Shown: positions 26,953 to 40,610 of the stretch, in pieces
Layout: the number at the start of each line of letters is the position of its first letter
How positions within the stretch are numbered: the first letter of the stretch is position 1
Source: Tubiluchus corallicola
Taxonomy: Eukaryota; Animalia; Priapulida
Assembly (NCBI GenBank): GCA_030141605.1
Contig: JAQGDQ010001330.1
Coordinates: 1 to 46,927 of the forward strand
Direction of reading: 5' to 3'
DNA: 46,927 bases
The notes under the pieces: model-generated
The model's input: the letters and a program-made list of their open reading frames with translations, nothing else
What the model was told of the DNA's origin: nothing
The model's database searches: none
Made by a program: the position numbers and the translations under genes

Positions 26953-27810
26953 GTAAGAAAATTCAGCTGCATTTTACTGATTTTCAAGGTTAAACGTTTA
27001 TGTGATGCATATATACCTTTCACTGGCAGTTAGTTTTCTTAGCATTCAATCACAGCAATAGTACAGTACCAAGAAATTTGCAACCAAAACTTATTAAGCT
27101 GGTCTTGCCAACTGGGCAGTATCCACGCCAAAATTTGACCAAGGAGCTTTGATGTAAATAGCTGTTAGAGAGCTATAGTTATGTATTTGGTTGTGCCATT
27201 GATTTATGTTGACCAGTTAAGTGGAAGACTCTCTCATAATTATTTATCAGGTGAAACACACCTCGTTAAAGCATTCAACTACGCTCCACGTGCACTATCA
27301 CTGCTTATGTTTACACTGTGTCGTAATAATAATCGTGTGAATTGCTACTTCTGATATGTTTATTTAAATAACGTTTGTTTAAGCATAAGGAGTTTGATTA
27401 GTTTCACAAAAATGCTACCAATTGTAACTTTCACCGACCAAATAATGGTAATGCTAAAACACTGGGTATCCCATAAAGCACAATATGTGCTAATTCTGTG
27501 TAAGCTAAAGAAGAGTAAAGATGAGTGTGAGCTATTAATGTGTGAACAGTTAATGGCAAACATGAAAATGTGGTCTGAAGCACATCGTCCTCCAAGCAAG
27601 AAGTCTTATAAATACCTGTTAAACTACATAGTAATTTGACAGTCAAATCAATACATGCTTGGGTTTGGCAGATACGTCACAATATCCCTGCAGTGCTGTC
27701 AATGACAACTGAAAACTGAATTTCTGTATTGCCAAGGTCCTTGAACAGACATTTAAAAGGGTATACTGGACAAATGGAAATTTTTAATCTTGCTTTGCTC
27801 ATCGACAGAA

Positions 27811-29243
27811 ATGGTAAAATTAAGACAGTCCAAGCGAGAAGAGATGGCATTGCTAGTGGAGTGGTGGTTACGGCATTATCCATACTGTCACAGTATAGAA
27901 TGTATTAAACTCATGCACGATTTCGCCGGAGATGGTTCACTGTGTGCAGTAGACGAAAGTGATGCTCCAGTAGGTATGTCTTAATATTATAATAGGAAAT
28001 TTTCTAAAATATTTACAATTAGAAGGGGTGAGCATTCTCTGCCAAAAAGCAAATTTGAATCGAATCAAGTTTGGGACTTTCAAAGTTGAATCGAACCGAA
28101 TTTCAGTATTTCGAATTCGAACTGAGTTTGAAAGATTTCAAACAAGTTTTTGAACCACCAGTAAAAAATTATCTTAGAAAGATCATGCATATTGCTTGAT
28201 TTTGCTCTGCAGTAAAACCACTGATAATTTATTTCAAAATTGCAAACAAAAATCACAGCTAAACTGTGCTAATTGCACGTTGCTTCAGACGTTTAAATGA
28301 TGAAGAATGCATGTGGTTGAAGTGCTGAATTATTCAAATCTATAATTTTAGGTTCAAATCTCATTCGAACTAAAAAAACTCGTTTGAACTCGAACGTTCG
28401 ATGCTCACTCCTAGCAATTAGTACGACTATGAAAACTTTTGTTTCTCAATTTACTTTCATTTTACAAACGGTGAACGAAAGGTATCAAAGCTGCACACCT
28501 AAACCATCCACTATTGTGTTTCAGGATTTGGAATGGGTGTTAAATTAAGCAGTACACAAGCTTATGCCGGCTGGTTAATAGTGCGCAATGACTGGCAGTA
28601 TCACGGTGTCGGCAAGCAGATTCTTAGCCATGCTCTCAAGAACCTTCAGTCCTACAATCTGGGTATTAATGGTGTTGAAGATAAATTGGAAATGTATCAG
28701 AGAATTGGATTCAGAGTACGTTCCTTTAGCACTTTGATTGTATCCGGTGTACCTGATCGTAGTGAACTTGAGAGCCTTCCAAACAAAGTCTTCCACGTCA
28801 TGCCATTCACCAGTGACAGACTGGATGAACTGATACAGTATGACACAAGCATACATGCAGGAATTGAACGACGCACTTTAGTAAAACCATTTCTAGAAAC
28901 TAAAGACGCTCGAGCATTTATAGCCGTAGATAAAAAGGATAACCTTATTGGCTACACAAACATTATGCCAACCTCTGGGAAGTATGACTATGGCGTGTTT
29001 CCTTTATACGGCGATTCACAATCTGTCCAGAGAGAGCTATTTTCTGAAATATTAAAGGTTTTACCACAAAGCAAAAGCCTCATGCTTCCTGTGCCTGAAG
29101 CGAATAAAGCAGCTATTGCTCTGTTGGAAAGTGTTGGACTAAAAGCATCTGCCAAGGAGCTACGCCTGTACACGAAACAAGATGTTCAGCTGCCATTACA
29201 CAAGATAACATCGTTGCTAACTCAGGACATTACTCTGTGTTAA
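27811..29243 (+). CDS. GNAT-family N-acetyltransferase paralog 1 (YitH/Acetyltransf_18, F36G3.2-like), join(27811..27973,28525..29243), 293 aa
   Basis: ATG at 27811. G|gtatgt ... tttcag|GA phase-1 intron joins ORFs 27790 and 28533 in frame. Acetyl-CoA motif A-like WQYHGVGKQIL, then NLGINGVE and C-terminal PLYGD / RLYTKQD motifs. AATAAA at 29319. Confidence 0.9.
28023..28413 (+). mobile_element. hAT-like MITE in the GNAT-1 intron
   Basis: TIRs (A)AGGGGTGAGCAT ... ATGCTCACTCCTA. 8-bp flanks ACAATTAG (28015-28022) and GCAATTAG (28414-28421) fit a hAT TSD with one mismatch. Confidence 0.72.
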
Positions 29244-29749
29244 GAGACCACAAACCTATATTACTCATATGCAACTTTTTGTTAACTCAGCATACAATTT
29301 CAAAATGTCTAAGTATAGAATAAAGAAATTGATTATTTTTACATAATTATATTTAATACTCTCTCGGGATTTTCATTTGCGTCTTCAAAGTTTCTGAGTT
29401 GCTTGATGTCTGATTATAAGAGAAGCTTAAAAATGCAAAGATTCTGAAACGATATTTACACGCATGATTCAACAACAAACTATAACACTACACTGTGAGG
29501 ACCATTTGCTGATGAATATGACAAAACATGGGATTTAGCGTACACAGTTCTTTTGGCACACGAATAACGATGGCGGATTCGCATCGCCAAGTCTTATAAA
29601 AAGTTTGCAAATGAAGCATTTACTGTGGTATCATTTGCAGAACCAAGATATGAACACAATCAGAAACAACAAAACTTAGTTAATGAGGTTTCCAAGCTCA
29701 TGGTTCATAAGCTCAAGCTCATATATTAGTAACATGTGTTTCTATACAT

Positions 29750-29802
29750 GTTATAAATATATATACATACATATACATACGTATATACATAGACATACAT
29801 AT

Positions 29803-29843
<41 letters not shown>

Positions 29844-29893
29844 GATATAGATATACATACATGTACATATATATATATATGTGTGTGTGTGTA
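29750..29893. repeat. Compound (TA)/(CA)/(GT) microsatellite
   Basis: Direct inspection. Confidence 0.95.
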
Positions 29894-31065
29894 TGCTCAA
29901 TACGTCAGCTGATTCATGATGCATAAAGCAATCATGATGCATGCTAGCTAGCTACAAGCAGAAAATTAATTTTTTTCTTCCTTTGGCTCTAGGTCCTCAT
30001 AACATTAATTTTAAATACGTAATGGTTAAATTATTATTTAAAGATAGTCATGTGTGTCTCTTCTTTCCCCTTATTGAACATTATTTTATTATAAACTAAC
30101 ACATTCATATAACGTTCAAATTTTCATTCATCTTAAATGCAAAATCTGATAATTTTTAATTACCTGATACATGCGCATTAACTAATTAATTATATTAGTA
30201 ACAATCCTGAGAAGGTGGCAGACCTCGATAACTTACAGTTCTTTCGCCACCCTTTCACCACTAATCGATAATTATTTTTGCACTTTGCAATATTATTGTA
30301 CATTGTAAAGATTTATAAATCTGCTAGTTATGTATTTTGCTATTTTAAAAATGGTGATAAACTAATAAACTTACTTACTTACTTACTTAGTTCCTAAACA
30401 AGTGAACAGTCAAGCGCATTGGCTAATAGCTGTTTGTTTTATTGTTTTGTTGCACTATTGTAGGCTTGGTAGCTTTGTGTCTATTTTTTTACACTCGGAA
30501 CAAAGTGTTAACTGTCAATTTTCTGAAACTGTTATCAATGCAGGCTGTATCTTGATAGATGTTCCTCAGTTTTGGTTGCACTTATCAGTAATTGGGCAAT
30601 TCAAGGTTGGAATGGGCAAAACACAATAGAAACACAAGCTTCCTATTTATATCCAGGCTCTCTAATCATACACAATCAGTTAGCAAGAATTAGATTTTAT
30701 TTTATTTCCTTAGAACTATTTCCGCAATAGATTGTAATAATCCAGTAGTAAAATATAAAAGAATTGACATCACCATGGCCAATAAAACCGTCTAGGTTTC
30801 TACATGCTGTTTTCCTGGTGGCCACCCATTCATTTCGATATCCAGCCAAATGCTGCTTTACTTTTGCAGGCAGCCAACCATATAAATGTGACAATTCAGT
30901 TAAACCCCAAAAGTTAGTCACACATAAGCAACCTGAAACACGGAAAAGAGCAGCAAATTGTTCCACTAAACAGTCCAACACTTGATGTTATGAAGCTTCG
31001 TGTTTATGCAGACATTTAAACTCGTTTCCAGAATCAGTTCACACCTAGTGGAAAAGCTTTTGAAC

Positions 31066-33004
31066 ATGGCGGAGGTAGTTCTGAGACAAGCTAAACCCGA
31101 GGAATTTTCCCTGTACGTCACGTACTGGCTGCAAAATTATCCGTGGTGTGACGCCGTTGACACAAATCAAGCCGTTTGTAGATTTGCGGGAGAAGATTCG
31201 ATATGTGCGGTTGATGAAAATGATGTTCCAATAGGTCAGTTCTAATACGTACAAACAGTCTATTTCAAAAAATGTCAACTATCCTTGAAATCTTATTAAA
31301 ACAAGGACCACCACATTTAGTGTAAAAATAAGTAATACTAGTAAAGTAAATACTAGTAAAGCGGCTCATGTATAGGCACTGTGGAACTACACCCCCCTCC
31401 CATTTTCACTCAATGTTATCGATAATATTCAACATAATGAGTCTTTTTTCTTTATATTTGTACAGACTCAGGGCACGTGAGGGTACTACTGTTTGATTCA
31501 CAGCCCTGCACAGTGATGTATTTGGCTGTTGTGTGCATGCAGTCATGTCAAGTATCTGTTCTCTTATCAAGAACAATATGATGTCAATATCCAACTGTTT
31601 TCTTATCAAGTACAATATCTAACTGTTCTGTTCTCTTATCAAGTACAATATCCAACTGTTTTCTTATCAAGTACAATATCTAACTGTTCTGTTCTCTTAT
31701 CAAGTACAATATCCAAACTGTTCACTTATCAAGTACAATATCTAACTGTTCTCTTATCAAGTACAATATCCAACTGTTCTCTTCCCTTACCAAGTACAAT
31801 ATCTAACTGTTCTCTTCCCTTACCAAGTACAATATCCAAACTGTTCTCTTCTCTTATCAAGTACAATATCCAACTGTTCTCTTCTCTTATCAAGAACAAT
31901 ATCCAACTGTCCTCTTCTCTTATCAAGAACAATATCCAACAGTTCTCTTATCAAGTACAATATCCAAACTGTTCTCTTCTCTTATCAAGTACAATATCCA
32001 ACTGTTCTCTTCTCTTATCAAGAACAATATCCAACTGTCCTCTTCTCTTATCAAGAACAATATCCAACAGTTCTCTTATCAAGTACAATATCCAACTGTT
32101 CTTTTATCAAGTACAATATCCAACAGTTCTCTTATCAAGTACAATATCCAACTGTTTTCTTATCAAGTACAATATCCAACTGTTCTCTTATCAAGTACAG
32201 AATCCCAGATCATTCAACTGTGACAGTGTTTGAGGTATCTACAGACTCTATAATAATTCTCATTGACACTGTTTTATTGTAGGATTTGCAGTTGGCGTCA
32301 AACTAAATGACAGACAAGCATTTGCCGGCTGTTTAGTTGTTGAAGAAGTTTGGAAAGGCAAAGGACTAGGCAGGTTACTCTTCAAAGACACCATCCTACA
32401 AAGATTTCAAGACTACAACTTAGGAATCAACGCAGTAGAAGACAAGGTAAACATGTATCAAAAAATGGGATTCAACGTGACTTCCTTCAGGATGCTGATA
32501 ATGGCCGGCGTTCCTGTTGCTCATGAAGTTGAAAACAGTGTAACAGATGGCGTTGATATTGTGCCATTTGAAATGGACAAACTTGATCAGTTGCTCGTGT
32601 ACGATGCAGAAATACATGCTGGTATAAAGCGCAATACTTTAGTGAAATCATACCTCCATATTAAACAAGCACGAGCATTCGTTGCAATTGGCAAAAACTC
32701 TAATGTAATTGGCTATACTAATCTCCTTCCTGCTATTGGAAAATATGATTATGCTTTGACTCCCTTATATGGAGATACACCAGAAGTGACAAGACAATTA
32801 TTTACACACGCGCTCAGGACTCTGCCATCGAGGAAGAGCCTCTTCCTTCGTATGCCCGAAGAAAATGCCACATCGGTAGCTATGGTGCGGAGTGTTGGTC
32901 TTGAGGCGGTGGGAAGAGAGATTAGGATGTATACAAAAGAAGATGTGTCTTTACAGCTACACAAGATCACATCAACGTTAACACAAGACGCTGCTCTTTG
33001 CTAA
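31066..33004 (+). CDS. GNAT-family N-acetyltransferase paralog 2, join(31066..31234,32283..33004), 296 aa
   Basis: ATG at 31066. G|gtcagt ... ttgtag|GA phase-1 intron at the same codon as in paralog 1. WKGKGLGRLLF motif A, NLGINAVE, PLYGD, RMYTKED. ATTAAA at 33032 and AATAAA at 33349. Confidence 0.9.
31545..32200. repeat. 28-36-bp minisatellite in the GNAT-2 intron
   Basis: Core CTCTTATCAAGTACAATATCCAACTGTT repeated about 20 times with length variants. Confidence 0.93.
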
Positions 33005-33859
33005 AACAATAACAGCAGTAAACACTTTTTCATTAAAATATTTCGTTTGATTGATTAAAGCTAGTCAGGCTGAAGCAAAACAGTTGTCTAAGCTCTGATT
33101 GTTTACTAAATTGTTTACTATTTAGCAAATATATGTAGTTTGAGCACAGAGGCAACCACCAAGTTTGACTGCTTGCAGCAATTTTGTTGCAATGCACAAA
33201 GTTTATGTTGCTTCTCCCACAAAATCAGTTTAAATGTGTAACTATCAGCACTTTAACATGTTACTGAAATGAGTTTTCTTAATTGACGATGTTATTAGAC
33301 ATCATTTAGCGACCTAACATCGTCGTTAATGATAATTATGATATTAAAAATAAAGTATCGAGTAATGTAGTTTGCCTTTGCAATAAAATGTACAAGTTTT
33401 AATCACAGTTTGTATTACTAGCAGTGCTCATCTACTGTTTTGTGCTTTGGAATCCTGTTTCCAATTCTTATGGCAGTCTTAAATTTAATAAGCACAAAAA
33501 GACGTTTAGAAAGTCGCTGAAAAGTTACAGACGTTTAGAAAGTTACAAAAAGTCGCTGACCCTTTGATGTGAAGCAAGGACATAAAGCAGAAAATTGATC
33601 AAGAACCTTTAACAATCTTCTTTAGCAGAAATACAGCTGCTCCACCCAATAGCATTTTTTCTATTCTATTCTAGAATTTTTGGTATTTTTTCTTCATTAT
33701 TTACATGTACTGTATGGTGGCTACATGTTAAAATGAAACAAGATTAATAACATGGTGGATAAAAACTCATTTAAAATTTCCATTTTGTGTGAAATTGGTG
33801 TGTAGATTCACTAAAGTGTGCTTCTATCATTTTATTTGTTAAAGAATTAGCTATATTTG

Positions 33860-34320
33860 CAGACGTTCGCTTGCTCCACAAAATATTAATCACTAAACAA
33901 CCAACTTACATCTATAATCAGCTAAATTTCAGCTGTAATATGATTTCTCGCATCAGTAGACAGTCAAATTTACTTTATATTCTTACTGTAAAATCAAATT
34001 CTGGCACAGGGCGGTTCCTAGTCAGGGCAAGTAAACATTACAATCAATATGCAATCAAAACCGAATTAAATAAAATTAGAATAGTTGAAATATGTAAAAA
34101 GAAACTCAGGGAATTACTTATTAATAGTCATTAGTTACAATGTATTTTATTTTCCTTTGACTGTATCAAGTTTTATAATTATACTTTTATGCAATATTAA
34201 TTAGGATGGTCTTTATTTTTATATTGGTTATTTAATATTTTTACCTCCATGTATTGTAAACAATGCAAAGAAAAACCTCATGCATGTTTAATATAAAAAT
34301 AAATAAATTAACAAATAAAT
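33860..34320 (+). mobile_element. 3' relic of a non-LTR retrotransposon (L2/CR1-like ORF2 C-terminus plus tail)
   Basis: ORF 33871..34134 (LHKIL..PTYIYNQL..SRQSNLL..RFLVRASKHYN..KKKLRELL) has the pattern of LINE ORF2 C-termini. Followed by an AT-rich 3' UTR and an (AAAT)n tail. Confidence 0.6.
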
Positions 34321-34619
34321 AGCTTAATAATTAATTTGAGAATTGTGAGTTCTTGGGGTAAAATATATAGTTAAGTGGTCACGATTTTCTTTGCTTACAG
34401 AAATTAAGCAGTGTGAAGCTAATCAGTAAATGGCAGGATTACCACCAAGTCATTTTTAAAAACTTACTTAGAAAAAAGACTCAAATTGCAAGTATTTATT
34501 GCATAGTAGCGTAACTTTGTAAGATCATGAGTGTGATTATATATTATTGTTGTAACCGTATTTTGAATATGAACTTTATATTTGGAATAAACAATAAATC
34601 AATCAATCAATCAATCAAT

Positions 34620-36706
34620 GATCCAACTATATCTCTATCTTTCTTTCTTTCTGACCATACAACAAACATTTCATACATATATGGCACAGGTTATCATAAC
34701 CTACATGTAGCATGCAAATGTATTTTAGCTTTTCAGCTGTTATTTCATTATCCAACTATATCTCTGTCTTTCTTTCTTTCTGACCATACAACAAACACAT
34801 TTCATACATGTGTGGCACGGGTTATCATAACCTACATGTAGCATGCAAATGTATTTTAGCTTTTCAGCTGTTATTTCATTATCCAACTATACCTCTATGT
34901 TTCTTTCTTTCTGACCATACAACAAACACATTTCACACATGTATGGCACGGGTTATCATAACCTACATGTAGCATGCAAATGTATTTCAACTTTTCAGCT
35001 GTTATTTCATTATCCAACTATATCTCTATCTTTCTTTCTTTCTAAACATAAACAAACACATTTCATACATATATGGCACGGGTTACCATAACCAACATGT
35101 AGCATGCAAATGTATTTTAGCTTTTCAGGTGTTATTTCATTATCCAACTATATCTCTATCTTTCTTTCATGCTAACCATACAACAAACACATTTCACACA
35201 TGTATGGCACGGGTTATCATAACCTACATGTAGCATGCAAATGTATTTCAACTTTTCAGCTGTTATTTCATTATCCAACTATATCTCTATCTTTCTTTCT
35301 TTCTAAACATAAACAAACACATTTCATACATATATGGCACGGGTTACCATAACCAACATGTAGCATGCAAATGTATTTTAGCTTTTCAGCTGTTATTTCA
35401 CTATCCAACTATATCTCTGTCTTTCTTTCTTTCTGACCATACAACAAACACATTTCATACATGCATGGCACGGGTTATCATAACCTACATGTAGCATGCA
35501 AATGTATTTTAGCTTTTCAGCTGTTATTTCATTATCCAACTATATCTCTGTCTTTCTTTCTTTCTGACCATACAACAAACACATTTCATACATGTGTGGC
35601 ACGGGTTATCATAACCTACATGTAGCATGCAAATGTATTTTAGCTTTTCAGCTGTTATTTCATTATCCAACTATACCTCTATGTTTCTTTCTTTCTAACC
35701 ATACAACAAACACATTTCATACATGTATGGCACGGGTTATCATAACCTACATGTAGCATGCAAATGTATTTTAGCTTTTCAGCTGTTATTTCATTATCCA
35801 ACTATATCTCTGCCTTTCTTTCTTTCTAACCATAAACAAACACATTTCATACATATATGGCACGGGTTACCATAACCAACATGTAGCATGCAAATGTATT
35901 TTAGCTTTTCAGGTGTTATTTCATTATCCAACTATATCTCTATCTTTCTTTCTTTCTAACCATACAACAAACACATTTCATACATGTATGGCACGGGTTA
36001 TCATAACCTACATGTAGCATGCAAATGTATTTTAGCTTTTCAGCTGTTATTTCATTATCCAACTATATCTCTGCCTTTCTTTCTTTCTAACCATACAACA
36101 AACACATTTCATACATGTATGGCACGGGTTATCATAACCTACATGTAGCATGCAAATGTATTTTAGCTTTTCAGGTGTTATTTCATTATCCAACTATATC
36201 TCTATCTTTCTTTCTTTCTAACCATACAACAAACTCATTTCATACATGTATGGCACGGGTTATCATAACCTACATGTAGCATGCAAATGTATTTTAGCTT
36301 TTCAGCTGTTATTTCATTATCCAACTATATCTATGCCTTTCTTTCTTTCTAACCATACAACAAACACATTTCATACATATATGGCACGGGTTCCCATAAC
36401 CTACATGTAGCATGCAAATGTATTTTAGCTTTTCAGCTGTTATTTCATTATCCAACTATATCTCTGCCTTTCTTTCTTTCTAACCATACAACAAACACAT
36501 TTCATACATATATGGCACGGGTTACCATAACCAACATGTAGCATGCAAATGTATTTTAGCTTTTCAGGTGTTACTTCATTATCCAACTATATCTATGCCT
36601 TTCTTTCTTTCTAACCATACAACAAACACATTCATACATGTATGGCTCGGGTTCCCATAACCTACATGTAGCATGATCATGTATTTTAGCTTTTCAGCTG
36701 TTATTT
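34620..36706. repeat. 131-bp satellite (~16 copies)
   Basis: ATCCAACTATATCTCT... recurs at 34750, 34881, 35012 and onward. Confidence 0.97.
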
Positions 36707-37129
36707 GATCATTAGAGACATTAAATGAACATTCACAATAGATCAGTGTGACTTGACAAGTGTGAATGCATCACTACAATGTTTTCAGTGTCATTAATCA
36801 TTCCTTTTCTGCCACTACCAGTGGTAGAATAAATTATCACGTTTCTACTGTATAGTACGTGTTCAGCATTAAATATTAATTTGCTCAAATGTTTTAAAAT
36901 ATTAAAGTCTTTTCATTAGTTGTCAACTAAAATTGACACATAAATAATGGTAAGTGGATTTCTCTGACGGGTACAGATGGAGCTAAATTACTGCATACGA
37001 TAGCAAGAAATTGTTAAACTATAAAAAATAATCTTGCTTCGAATTTATTGAAAATATAACTCATTAATAAACTCCGTCTGATCAAAGTACAATGCTTTTC
37101 TGCCAATAATTTAATAATTTGTGTCTGAG

Positions 37130-37360
37130 TTGGGTGCTTGACTGAGTGGTCTAGATTTCAGACTGCAACCGCGCAGTCTTGAGTTCGATACTACAGGCTG
37201 CAGACTTGATATATACCATACATGTTATTTGTTATTTGTGGTTTGCGCCCTTACCTGCATTGTTGTAAGTGAAAGTCGCTAAACAGCCATTGGTGCTAAT
37301 GTTATCTGTTAAATGAGCGAAGGTAAATAGGTGTTGTGTTTGTCTTTTCAATAAAAAAAG
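37130..37360 (+). mobile_element. tRNA-derived SINE-like element
   Basis: A-box-like TGACTGAGTGGT and B-box-like GAGTTCGATAC with tRNA-like spacing. Body is shared with 13170-13400. Followed by AATAAAAAAA. Confidence 0.55.
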
Positions 37361-37822
37361 TGGCTTTTTAAAAGTACAACATCAATAGTAAAAAAGCTTG
37401 CAAGAAGTCAGCAAGGCTGGGTGTACCAAAATCACACAGTGAATGTGCAAAAAAGTTATACGGCGAGCAAGCAAACAGACAGACTCGTCAGTATTATGAG
37501 ATCTTTCAAATGACCATGGTATTCGACGCAGATTAACCTTGCTAACTAGTTAGGATGATAAACATATTGATAAATCACAGAAGATTTAGAGTGTAAAAAT
37601 TTTGGTTTAACTCCGGTTTTGTTGCAGTACGGTCACTTTTCAACCTTTCTGTGCAGTCCAAATATGATTCTAGTATATCTCGTCTTGATAAGGTTTTTGC
37701 ACTGCTGCGTCTTTGAAAGCCGGAAAATATGGGTGCAACACCTGGGTGGTCAAAAAGCCTGTTTAGTTGCAAAGTTATGCAGTAGAAGGTGGTCCAGAAA
37801 ATGGATAGGTGGCACTGGCAGA

Positions 37823-37992
37823 TTTCAACTATCCCAGTGTATGTCTTTCTATCTCTTTGAGGTGGCTAAGACACCAGTGTTTCAACTATCCCAGTGTCTG
37901 TCTTTTTATCTCTTTGAGATGGGTAAGACACCAGTGTTTCAACTATCCCAGTGTCTGTCTTTTTATCTCTTTGAGATGGACAAAACACCAGT
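37823..37992. repeat. 57-bp tandem repeat x3
   Basis: TTTCAACTATCCCAGTGT... at 37823, 37880 and 37937. Confidence 0.9.
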
Positions 37993-40255
37993 CTTGCCAC
38001 ATCGACCTACATTAACTGCCAAACTGTTTAAAATGTTACAGAACATGAACTGTTTGCTTCAAGTTGGAGAGCGCGGCAGTCAATTTACAGCCAACGTCAA
38101 TCTTAGAGAAACACTATTGATAAATGCAGCGCCGAGTTTGTTGAGAAAGAGGAGCAGAAAGAAAGCAGAGGATCCTACGCAGCTTAATCAGCAAACATCG
38201 CAGGCAGAAGCTTCGATCGAGTTAACCGAAGACTGATGGGGTGGGCACACCGCTAATTTCTCAATCACCACACATGGGCAAACAAGAGCAGACTGACAGT
38301 GATTTTAGCAACTGTTTGCCAAGATGCTGGCACTCACAAGAGGAATTTCCAGCTTTACGTCAGCTGCCATCTTTTGAAGTGAAAGAATAAACAGACGAAG
38401 TTTTTCTGCTGATAATGAAGGGCAGGCTAGAAGAATGAGTAAATTTTGCTAGACTTTGGCAGCCAGCAAACCGTTACTGCAGATTAAACATTTGGGTAAA
38501 TACTTTCAACAGTGCACAGAGATGTGTGCTCGTGTGATTTAGGGGTGAATGTACACTACCTTCTGATTATCTTACAAAGAAATTTTGTTAGATTAATGGA
38601 TAATCTCAAGCAGAATCACCATGTGAGCCTCTTGTCATATAAACATCCTCTAGTTATTTGTTATCTCATTCGCAACCTCACTTTTTTCTCATTATTTTCT
38701 TTAATGTGCAACTTAAACAAACATCTTCCATCGCGATTCTGTTTTTAACTCGTTCTCTCTCTATCTACCTATTTCCTTACCTGCATTTTCAAACACCACA
38801 TACCTGGGATGTTTTACGCATTTACTTCTGAAGTACCCCACTTACATACTTGAATATTCAAGCTTATGATTTGATTCTACATTGTTACTGTTGTTTAAAT
38901 GTACGTAATTATATGGTTACAATAAATTTAAAAAAACTTGAACACCAATCGAATTTTAGGATTTCGAATTCGATCTTCGAAATTTCAATTTTGCGTTCAA
39001 ATCCAGCATTAAAAAACTTTTCAAGCAAATTTCACCTCAGTAATAAATATAATAATATTATCTTCATAATAGGAAAAACCTTGAAATAGCTTTCAGTTGC
39101 TAAAGAAATTACAGAAAACCTCCATGATTTTATTACATTCACAAACATCCAAGACAAACTATGTTGATTATATGATATTTCAAGCATTTTAATAATTAAT
39201 GAGAAATGTTAATTCAAATACTGACCTATAAGAAGCTTTTAAAAAACTTTCAATATTCACCCCAATGCAAGTTAATTTATTAAAGGAAAGAACAAGTCAC
39301 TCAGTATGTTGGGTTTATTTCGCTTAAACTTAGAAAAATATAACAAAGAAATTTGCAAAGAACTGCCTATAAAGCATAAAATTAAAATGTATCACCTCTG
39401 AATAGAAATTCTTAGGTGTGGTGGTTACCGTCATTCACTTGAAAATCATGACGTAACTGGGAGACTTCGTGACTTTTCGTAAGCGCATCGTGGCTTTCCG
39501 TAAGCGTGCCCTGCTTAAACTAATTCAAACTGCTAGAGTTTACCTAATGTTCACTCAATAATATTACAAAATCAGCTATCTAATTTTTTGTTATACTTTT
39601 GATGAAGATTGACAGTGCGATATTTTTCTTCAAGACGAATGACGTCACTGGAAGACGAATGGGCATTGAAAATGGAAGCGCTCAAGCATGAAGTGATCGC
39701 GACTTTAAAGTGATTTTACTAATTACACGAGGCGCTTATTGAAGTTTTATTACAAAATCCTTCTGACATTTTTCGCAAACATTGAAATAGACGTTACCTC
39801 CTAGAAGACTTGACTTTTCTTTTAAAAATCTTACTGATCAAACAGAACGAATATATGCAAGAATGCTGATCAAAATGTCCAGACCAATATTAAAATATCG
39901 GTTTGACTCCTGCATTCTAGGAAACGGATGCCGGGAATTTCCACCCAAAATTTAATCGTGACTGATCAAACAGCGGTGATGAAATGATGAAAAACTAATA
40001 ATTATGCAGGAAAACATGCACACTTAATTAAAACTATCGATTAGCAATACGGCCTGTGCAAATAATCGTTACGATGCTCAACTTTGATTGTGCACAAATG
40101 GACAGCGGAGTAAAAACACAGGAAAACGAAGAAAGATCTGTCTGTATGGCGGATGTGATCAGAGATGGTTGCCAATTCTACGAAAGCCTATTGTTCGCAT
40201 CACTTTACAAACTTAATGTGTTTATTTATGCAAAATCAAACAAATGATGTTCTGT

Positions 40256-40610
40256 AATAAACCTTTTTACAGGTCCAGCGATTGATGATGATCGTGAAAA
40301 GGTCAAAGGTTAAGTGTACTAGAAAACACATTTGTGTACACGTGACAACACCTCACAGCCTATACTGTTGTAATAGTAACAGCTTTAACAGTTAACTAGA
40401 ACCTTACCTAGTTCATTTTTTCTTGTTCCCAAGCAAGATCCTGCTAGTAAATCACTCTATGCACAGACTAATGCATAATTAAGTAAAGTCCACGTAAAAC
40501 AACATAAGTTACTGAACCGATGTAGCATACAGTTTTGCTTTACCTACATGTGAGTGACGGCAGTACTTAAAACGTTACTGCAAAACACGTAACGTTTGAC
40601 CTACAGTAAC
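40256..40610 (+). mobile_element. MITE (AATAAGCC-TIR family), diverged copy
   Basis: AATAAACCTTTTTACAGG...GATTGATGATGATCGTGAAAAGGTCAAAGGTTAAGTG, matching the other copies. Confidence 0.7.

Noticed and set aside
31529-32233. 234-aa ORF between the GNAT-2 exons
   Set aside because: Intronic minisatellite. The flanking exons splice in frame without it.
37130-37205. tRNA gene
   Set aside because: A/B boxes are present but there is no convincing cloverleaf or acceptor stem. Treated as a SINE head.
37619-38236. 205-aa ORF
   Set aside because: Non-ATG start, includes the 57-bp triple repeat, and has no recognisable domain or supported exon structure.
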